Positions 57,688 to 64,000 of a stretch of DNA of 64,000 nucleotides are shown piece after piece. Location: the IMG/VR virus record IMGVR_UViG_3300021400_003815, one strand, 5' to 3'. Source of the DNA: an uncultured virus (IMG/VR IMGVR_UViG_3300021400_003815) (lineage: Duplodnaviria; Heunggongvirae; Uroviricota; Caudoviricetes). Positions within the stretch are counted from its first letter, which is position 1, and the number at the start of each line of letters is the position of its first letter. The notes below the pieces were generated by a model. The model ran no database searches. It saw nothing but the letters and a program-made list of their open reading frames with translations, and was not told where the DNA came from. Made by a program: the position numbers and the translations under genes.

Positions 57688-57723
57688 AAAAGATAGGCTC
57701 CTTTATTTTGAAGCCTATCTTTT
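57688..57723 (-). terminator. Rho-independent terminator
   Basis: AAAAGATAGGCT / AGCCTATCTTTT. Confidence 0.75.
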
Positions 57724-57733
57724 ACTTAAACTA

Positions 57734-60700
57734 TTAATTCAAATCCATAACAGTATTATTACTCATATATGTAAGCCTTGTTCTCATAACACTATTCATA
57801 CCACTTAAACATATGTCCATACCATTAAATGTTCCAATGTATCCAGAACCCTTACTCAGAGCAGCTTCACTCTTATCACTCATTCTATACTGTACTGTTC
57901 TAGTCTTATCTTCATCAAAGTTAATTATATCACTATGGTCATCTAACTTTCCACAAAGCTTAGGGTCAACAACTTCTGACCTAACCTCTGCTCTTCCATT
58001 AGCATCTCCAAATACAATCTGCATCTTAGCTGAAGTTTCAACTACCTCAATACCATCCTGAGCTTCATAATACCATGGTCTGCCATTTCTTCCTTTACCA
58101 AGTCCAATATCTAATGCATTACTGAAATTAGTAATCAAACATGTCTTATCATCAAGAGTTCTAAGCTCCTCATTACTTAATAAGCTCAGTACATCAGCTT
58201 TCTTCTGAACATCAACAGAAGCTATCTCAGCTCCATCTTTGCTAACAACAACTTTCATATCATCACTATCTCTGCCTACTATCTCAGCCTTGATGTTATA
58301 TACATGTTGTTCCATAGCCTGATTTGCTAAACTAAACTGAGCACCATTACCACCAGTTTTACCTGTCTTTAAGTAATACTTACTGTTAGTTCCATTCTGT
58401 AGGGTGTTACCTTCGAACTTTTTAGCTGCACCTCTACCACTTACCTTAGTAGCACCATTCATTAAACTATCAGTTGTAACTATACCTTTCTTAACCCATT
58501 TCTCTAACTGATAACCTTTCATTATAGTTTGTATCTGATTATAGAAATCAACGCCCTTAGCTTTAGCTTCAGTAGTTGTTACAACATCACTATTGTTAAG
58601 TGTACGCTTAAGATTGTCAGGTATTGTAACCTCATAAGCTCTTACTCCTAACCATACGTCAGGCACATCATCATTAGAGTTAGATGTACTAAGATTTACT
58701 ATAGCACCGCCAGGTATTAAACTATGATTTGCTACATCATCATCAACATTAGCATCTGTTAATCCCTTTATAGCTCTCTTATGTGTACTCCACTGTTCTG
58801 ACTCAATAGCTATACCATAATTTGAGTTCTCTCCTGAGACTCCTTCTCTAAATATACCTGCTTCTACAAAGGAATTAGCTGACAACTTTGATAAGTTACT
58901 AGCTGTTAAATAAGCATATAAACTACCACTATTGTTAACATCATAATCATCTGATGTCTGGTATCTCATTTTAAAGTAAGGATAAAACTCAATAAACTTT
59001 CCATTATTTCCTGTCTGTACACCCATATTTCTATTGAATGTCATTCCTAATGTTGTAAAGTTAGCAGCTCCACTTCCTACTTTATCACCTACATTCTCAT
59101 AGCCTGTAAAACCTTTTGTCTTTACATTATTAGCTTTACTATAGAGTGCATTAAATGTACTTAAGGATATCTTCATAGTACCTCTAGCAGTAATATGATG
59201 TCCATTACAGTATTCACTGTCATGTTCATAATATCCAACTACTTTTCTATCCAAGTTTGTATGCTTATAATTTACTTTAAACTGACTTTCCCAATCAAAT
59301 GAACCTGTATCCTTCTTTCTTCCACCTGTATACTTATAACTTTCATTTGTTATTCCTATTTGTCTTAACAGACCCTTATCATTAGGCTTCTCAGGATACA
59401 TCGTAGCTTTATCTAAACTCTTGTTCCTATATAAACTAAACTGAGTGTTAGGGTCCATACCCTCAGTATCAAAGGCATATACATCTGTAGGACCATTCTC
59501 ATCATCAGCATCTCCAACTTCTGTTTGTCTAAAGTTTGTAGCACTATTTCCACCTATAAAGTCTGTATTATTATAATCCAAACTATTTTTTACACTAAAG
59601 TTATAATCTTCTTCATCTAGGTCACAGTTACCATTTCTTCTGGCTCCAAAATGAGCATATAGATGTGGAATTGGATTTATATCACTCATTCTATATGTAT
59701 GTGCTAACTCATTCTCATGCAATACTATTTGATTCTTAGCTCCTTCTATTGTTTCACCATCACCTGTCAATATTACATAGAGTGTATCTTTATCCTCAAG
59801 CTTTACTGATTCATTAGCTGCATCACCCTTATCTTTGCTTGTTAACTTATCTACCTCAGTCATTAAATCTTTTCCATTTTCATAACCTGATAAGTCTTTA
59901 TCTGTCTTAGATACTACCCACTTATAAACTTTATATTCCTTTCCATCATCATGTGTTTCATTAGAAACAGATACATCACCTGTATGCCACTGTTCAGTTT
60001 CAAAGTAACCTGTCTGACGCATCTCATCGCCCTCTTTATCTAAGTAGATTTTAACTACTTTTGATTGCTCTTTTTGGTCTATTTCTGGCACACCAGTTTT
60101 TGAAGGTGTTCTTGTGCTAGGTATAACTAAATCTTTTATATCAAGTATGCCACAGGCATAGCCTACCATCTTATAATTCTTAAGTCCATTACCAGTTACA
60201 AGGTTATTTAGATTAATTACATGTCCACCATCACCACTATTATAGCTAAATATTGGATATCCTTGTTCTCTTAAAGGTGCTATAACTCCTGTTGTACCAT
60301 CATCAAACTTAATATCAGTATCATTTTTAGCTAAAGTGTATGTACTAGCCATTACCTGGATTAAATCATCTCCACCAATACCTATTAGATTATCCCAAGT
60401 ATTAACATTATCCCATGAAATTTTACCATAGCTGTTTATAGCCTCTCCAGCAATAAACATTGCTACCTGTGTAACACTACCGTATACTAAATGCTGACTA
60501 CAATACTGAAATAAATTATTACCAGTGGTATGAGATAACTCTTCTGCTCTAGGATTCTTATTCTCAAATATACCTCCAAACGCTGTCATATAAGGCATAG
60601 TCCATACTATTGGTTCTACCAGTATTTTATAGCCTTTTTCTCTAGCTATATCAAAAGGTGTTTTATTATCTGATATAGCCTTACTATCTTCATCATTAAC

Positions 60701-61624
60701 AAATGCTAACATATAGGCACCGCTATCTGTTTTCCAGTTTAGAAGTGTTCTTGCACCAAAACCACTCTGTCCTGATTTATCTTCAAGTGTAAGCAAATTT
60801 TTAAAAGCATCTCCAGATAAAGAAGTTGTTGGAATACTACCAGATAATCTATCATGTATAATACTGCTGTTACCAGCATCTGAAGCACTAGTAAAATAAT
60901 CCCCAAATCTCTGAAATGTAGTGACCTTAATATTATATTTTGAACTACCTGTGTCTATAAATCCTATATACTGATTGTCAGTAACAGGCGTAAAACTACT
61001 TATGGTATACTTACCTCCTTTAAATTCAGTAAAATAACTATCAACTGGTGTACTATCAAACTTTATGCCATATAATATTCTTGCAGTATTATATACTTTG
61101 TCAATAGTCTTGCCATCATTCATTAAAATATTTATTCCATACTTTTGTATGGAATTTATAAAATTAGTTAATGATCCAATTCCACCAAGTGAACCAATAT
61201 GACTACCTATGCTACCTGAACCACTACCTGAACGGCTACCTGAACCACTACCTGAACCACCTCTATTAGCATTAAAGTATTCCAAAGTAGTTGCATCTGC
61301 ATCACCATCATATTTCAATTGGTCTAATAATCTAAATATATTGTATACAACTACGTCTACACTGTTTGAAACCTGTTTTCCCTGCTTATCTATAACAGTT
61401 ATTCTTAATCCACAGTTACCATTAAAATCCCATGTGCTTCCTGTCATTACAGGTACTAGTTTACTATCAACTGCTCCCATAGGAGGTGGTGCTCCATGGT
61501 CATTAGTTCCAATATTAACACTTCCATCTACGACTGCATATGCTATGTTATTTAAACTACTTGTCATTAACATTACAGCACACATAAACCCGCTTAGCTT
61601 TCTCTTTATATGCTTTAAAATCAT
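57734..61624 (-). CDS. 1296-aa secreted protein of unknown function (possible adhesin/surface protein)
   Basis: Signal peptide ending AYA; AAGGAG RBS; GLRITVID and ILVEPIVW motifs; no TM or LPxTG anchor seen. Confidence 0.7.
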   Translation of the reverse strand: MILKHIKRKLSGFMCAVMLMTSSLNNIAYAVVDGSVNIGTNDHGAPPPMGAVDSKLVPVMTGSTWDFNGNCGLRITVIDKQGKQVSNSVDVVVYNIFRLLDQLKYDGDADATTLEYFNANRGGSGSGSGSRSGSGSGSIGSHIGSLGGIGSLTNFINSIQKYGINILMNDGKTIDKVYNTARILYGIKFDSTPVDSYFTEFKGGKYTISSFTPVTDNQYIGFIDTGSSKYNIKVTTFQRFGDYFTSASDAGNSSIIHDRLSGSIPTTSLSGDAFKNLLTLEDKSGQSGFGARTLLNWKTDSGAYMLAFVNDEDSKAISDNKTPFDIAREKGYKILVEPIVWTMPYMTAFGGIFENKNPRAEELSHTTGNNLFQYCSQHLVYGSVTQVAMFIAGEAINSYGKISWDNVNTWDNLIGIGGDDLIQVMASTYTLAKNDTDIKFDDGTTGVIAPLREQGYPIFSYNSGDGGHVINLNNLVTGNGLKNYKMVGYACGILDIKDLVIPSTRTPSKTGVPEIDQKEQSKVVKIYLDKEGDEMRQTGYFETEQWHTGDVSVSNETHDDGKEYKVYKWVVSKTDKDLSGYENGKDLMTEVDKLTSKDKGDAANESVKLEDKDTLYVILTGDGETIEGAKNQIVLHENELAHTYRMSDINPIPHLYAHFGARRNGNCDLDEEDYNFSVKNSLDYNNTDFIGGNSATNFRQTEVGDADDENGPTDVYAFDTEGMDPNTQFSLYRNKSLDKATMYPEKPNDKGLLRQIGITNESYKYTGGRKKDTGSFDWESQFKVNYKHTNLDRKVVGYYEHDSEYCNGHHITARGTMKISLSTFNALYSKANNVKTKGFTGYENVGDKVGSGAANFTTLGMTFNRNMGVQTGNNGKFIEFYPYFKMRYQTSDDYDVNNSGSLYAYLTASNLSKLSANSFVEAGIFREGVSGENSNYGIAIESEQWSTHKRAIKGLTDANVDDDVANHSLIPGGAIVNLSTSNSNDDVPDVWLGVRAYEVTIPDNLKRTLNNSDVVTTTEAKAKGVDFYNQIQTIMKGYQLEKWVKKGIVTTDSLMNGATKVSGRGAAKKFEGNTLQNGTNSKYYLKTGKTGGNGAQFSLANQAMEQHVYNIKAEIVGRDSDDMKVVVSKDGAEIASVDVQKKADVLSLLSNEELRTLDDKTCLITNFSNALDIGLGKGRNGRPWYYEAQDGIEVVETSAKMQIVFGDANGRAEVRSEVVDPKLCGKLDDHSDIINFDEDKTRTVQYRMSDKSEAALSKGSGYIGTFNGMDICLSGMNSVMRTRLTYMSNNTVMDLN
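61212..61259. repeat. 12-bp tandem repeat x4 encoding a GSGS linker
   Basis: CTACCTGAACCA/CTACCTGAACGG units. Confidence 0.8.
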
Positions 61625-61715
61625 TATTACTTGTTTCTCCTTTCTTTTCCCCTTTAAATATGCCTATCCCAAACATATTATAAATCACTTCTTTATCAAA
61701 ATTGAGCAAAATAAA

Positions 61716-61746
61716 AAGAACCTATCTTTTTTAGAGACAGATTCTT
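61716..61746 (-). terminator. Rho-independent terminator
   Basis: Minus strand AAGAATCTGTCT-N7-AGATAGGTTCTT (two G-U pairs) followed by TTTATTTT. Confidence 0.7.
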
Positions 61747-61747
61747 A

Positions 61748-61829
61748 ATTCAATCCCTATTACAAGGGTTCTACAGTCTAGCGGTAATGAATCATATAGT
61801 GAAATGCAATCCCTATCATAAGGGTTCTA
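61748..61829 (-). repeat. Two 26-bp imperfect direct repeats separated by 30 bp (CRISPR-repeat-like)
   Basis: ATTCAATCCCTATTACAAGGGTTCTA (61748-61773) versus ATGCAATCCCTATCATAAGGGTTCTA (61804-61829); 23/26 identical, each with an internal CCCT/AGGG stem. Confidence 0.7.
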
Positions 61830-61839
61830 ACTCTCATTG

Positions 61840-62058
61840 TCATTCTTCCTTAAATGGATCTTTTGTAATAAAGTTAGTATCCACAGCATTTTTCTCATCT
61901 AAATCAGCTGTTATCACTACAGTTCCATCCTTATCTACATAACCTACCCCTTTTACTTCCTCTGCAAATATTTTATCAAGAGCTTCACGACTTAAAACCT
62001 GACTATTACACCAATTTAGGTGCTCTTGAAACTCCCTTTGTGCCTTCTCTCTGTCCAT
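61840..62058 (-). CDS. Small hypothetical protein
   Basis: 72 aa; AAGGA RBS. Confidence 0.6.
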   Translation of the reverse strand: MDREKAQREFQEHLNWCNSQVLSREALDKIFAEEVKGVGYVDKDGTVVITADLDEKNAVDTNFITKDPFKEE

Positions 62059-62123
62059 GACTATTTCCTTATATTAGTTGCTACATTATCTTTTTATATA
62101 TAGTTTCATTAAACTCTAATCTA

Positions 62124-64000
62124 TCAATTCATAGGCTTTATTGTCTTTTCTATATATGCTATCTCTTCATCTGAAAGGTTGTATTTTTTATAAAGCTGTT
62201 TATCAATATCTGCTATTGACTGTGACCAATCTATTTCAGTTTGATTTATAATATCTGGTACAAAACAAAATTTGTCACTAGAAATATGAATGCTACTTAA
62301 CGCTGAAAATAATAGAAACCTTGTGAATCTTGTCTTTAAATATTTTTCGCATATTAATGCTGGCTCCTCTTTATCCCAGCCACCAATCTGAATATATGCT
62401 TGAGTACTAACCTCTCTAGGTTTTTTTACTGTACAAATAGTTAGTACTTTTTGACCATAAGGTTTTTCTAGATTTCCGGATATTGCTGCACCTATCATTG
62501 TACAAAATTTATCAATATACTCCCTGCCTTTCTCAATTTGATAATCTGCAATATACCCTATTTTTCCAGATGAATACAGTTTTATATTATGCTTATCATC
62601 TGGTAAATCATAATAAAATGTGGTGGTAGGTAAGTTAAATAATGATATTGCATGAACCCATTTCTCCATGGTGCTCTTATCAATATTCTTAATCTTTTCT
62701 ATTATTCCAAATGATTGATTATCAGATACAATGATTGGGTATGTACTTAATTGTCTTTTACTAATTGTCTCAGTTCCATCTCTATTACATATGAAATCAA
62801 CAATTATATCTGTCTTATTTTTTTCCATAAGATAATACCCCACGCCGCCTGCAATTTTAACTCCATTAAAAATATCTGATGAGTCTATATACTGCTTGTA
62901 TATTTTAAGATGCTTACAATTCATCATATATTGTCTAAATTGGTTAAGTCCTATGCCACCACCAAGCCATTTATTAGGAATAATCATTATTGAACACACG
63001 TTAGATATTCTGTCACCCATAATTACAAAGTCATTATATAATGGACGCTGTTGATTTCCATTCCCAGTGGATTCATTATAAGGTGGGTTACCAATTACAA
63101 CGTCTATATTCATTTCTTTTCCAAACTCCTTATTTAATATATTAATAAAATATTCGCGTTTATCAGCCTCACTTATATCACCAATAAACTTAGTCTTTAA
63201 TACCTGAATGTAATTTGGAATAACTCTGATGTTCATACCAAAGCCCATGAGCTTTTTAGTTGTTCTCTCTAGTGATACTTGACTTAATGCTATGCCATAT
63301 AATTGCTCTGAAAGAATATGATTAGACCTTTCGATATCATTTGGATATTTTGACTGCATAACTTCATTTTCCATTAAACGGTCATATATTTCTCTTAAGT
63401 ACTTGCCACCTTTACAAGCAGGGTCCAGGAATTTTGTTTTACTATTCCACACATCAGATGGAAGCATATCTACCATCTGCTTTACTACTTGGTCAGGAGT
63501 TACAATCTCTGGAATACGAGCCATTCCATTCTGTAAATCTTCTACTATACTAAACTCATTAGTCTCTGATATTACTTGTATGTTCTCTGTTTGTACTTTC
63601 TCTGCAAATATACTAAATCCAATAGTTGTAACTAAGGCTTTAATCTGCTCAATTTTATCTATATAACTGTCAAAATCTGCGCCACCAGCATTAGGATTAT
63701 TACCATTTAAGTTTTGCTCTGCTGGTATCTCTGCATAGAAAGTATGCTCTAATGCGTTCAAATCATCTAAAGTCCAAGAACCATTTTTATTAGTGACTAC
63801 AACAGCCCATTTCCATATGTCACGGTATTTTTCAGTTGTTGATTTATCATGCTCTCTAAGTCTTGCTAATACTGACTCACCATCATTCCTTATTTTTGCC
63901 TGCCCTACATAGCACATCTCCATGTTATTTTCATAACCAAAGAGGAAGTATATACAGTTATATCTAAGTTCTTTGTCAGCAAACTTATTCTGTATTTCTC
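62124..64000 (-). CDS. GIY-YIG nuclease domain fused to a gamma-class amino-methyltransferase (Eco57I-like, type IIG-style); 5' end lies outside the window
   Basis: Frame stays open upstream of 63923 (...RYNCIYFLFGYENNMEMCYVGQA...RLREH...LE...N); MTase motif I FLDPACKGG and motif IV VIGNPPY. Confidence 0.82.
   Translation of the reverse strand, partial: EIQNKFADKELRYNCIYFLFGYENNMEMCYVGQAKIRNDGESVLARLREHDKSTTEKYRDIWKWAVVVTNKNGSWTLDDLNALEHTFYAEIPAEQNLNGNNPNAGGADFDSYIDKIEQIKALVTTIGFSIFAEKVQTENIQVISETNEFSIVEDLQNGMARIPEIVTPDQVVKQMVDMLPSDVWNSKTKFLDPACKGGKYLREIYDRLMENEVMQSKYPNDIERSNHILSEQLYGIALSQVSLERTTKKLMGFGMNIRVIPNYIQVLKTKFIGDISEADKREYFINILNKEFGKEMNIDVVIGNPPYNESTGNGNQQRPLYNDFVIMGDRISNVCSIMIIPNKWLGGGIGLNQFRQYMMNCKHLKIYKQYIDSSDIFNGVKIAGGVGYYLMEKNKTDIIVDFICNRDGTETISKRQLSTYPIIVSDNQSFGIIEKIKNIDKSTMEKWVHAISLFNLPTTTFYYDLPDDKHNIKLYSSGKIGYIADYQIEKGREYIDKFCTMIGAAISGNLEKPYGQKVLTICTVKKPREVSTQAYIQIGGWDKEEPALICEKYLKTRFTRFLLFSALSSIHISSDKFCFVPDIINQTEIDWSQSIADIDKQLYKKYNLSDEEIAYIEKTIKPMN

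Noticed and set aside
61748..61829. Calling a bona fide CRISPR array
   Set aside because: Only two imperfect repeats and no cas genes in the window; kept as a repeat and a hypothesis
379..63666. Numerous plus-strand ORFs in the track (e.g. 32699..33529, 54560..55369, 56522..57022)
   Set aside because: All are antisense shadows of long minus-strand genes; the Ser-rich ones simply mirror Asp/Glu codon runs
1..64000. Jumbo-phage assignment or stop-codon reassignment
   Set aside because: No terminase, capsid, portal or tail gene recognised; ORFs are long and densely packed under the standard code

Overview
AT-rich 64-kb stretch with about 42 genes, all on the minus strand. It reads as part of a very large Firmicutes (probably Clostridia/Lachnospiraceae-type) extrachromosomal element such as a megaplasmid or giant conjugative element. 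The host and element class are inferred from Shine-Dalgarno style, sigma-A promoters and gene content. No capsid, terminase, rRNA, tRNA or relaxase gene was recognised. Contents: (i) a divergent replication/repair kit: NAD-type DNA ligase (truncated by the window), RuvC-like resolvase, DnaB-like helicase, split type IIA topoisomerase A and B genes, degenerate DnaC-like ATPase, SNF2-like helicase, HU-like protein and DnaX; (ii) a MoxR-type AAA+ / metallopeptidase-VWA pair; (iii) a ~26-kb membrane/ATPase cluster resembling a very divergent Gram-positive conjugation/T4SS apparatus, with an FtsK-like ATPase, a VirB4-like ATPase, a degenerate ParA/TadZ-like protein, giant membrane proteins, three paralogous pilin-like proteins and an unannotated 47-aa 2-TM ORF; (iv) many proteins with acidic, Phe-punctuated low-complexity regions; (v) an unknown 268-aa gene driven by two duplicated perfect sigma-A promoters next to four phased DnaA boxes; (vi) a repeat-spacer-repeat unit resembling a degenerate CRISPR repeat pair; (vii) a GIY-YIG nuclease-methyltransferase fusion at the right edge. 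All family calls come from motif reading by eye; no database searches were run.
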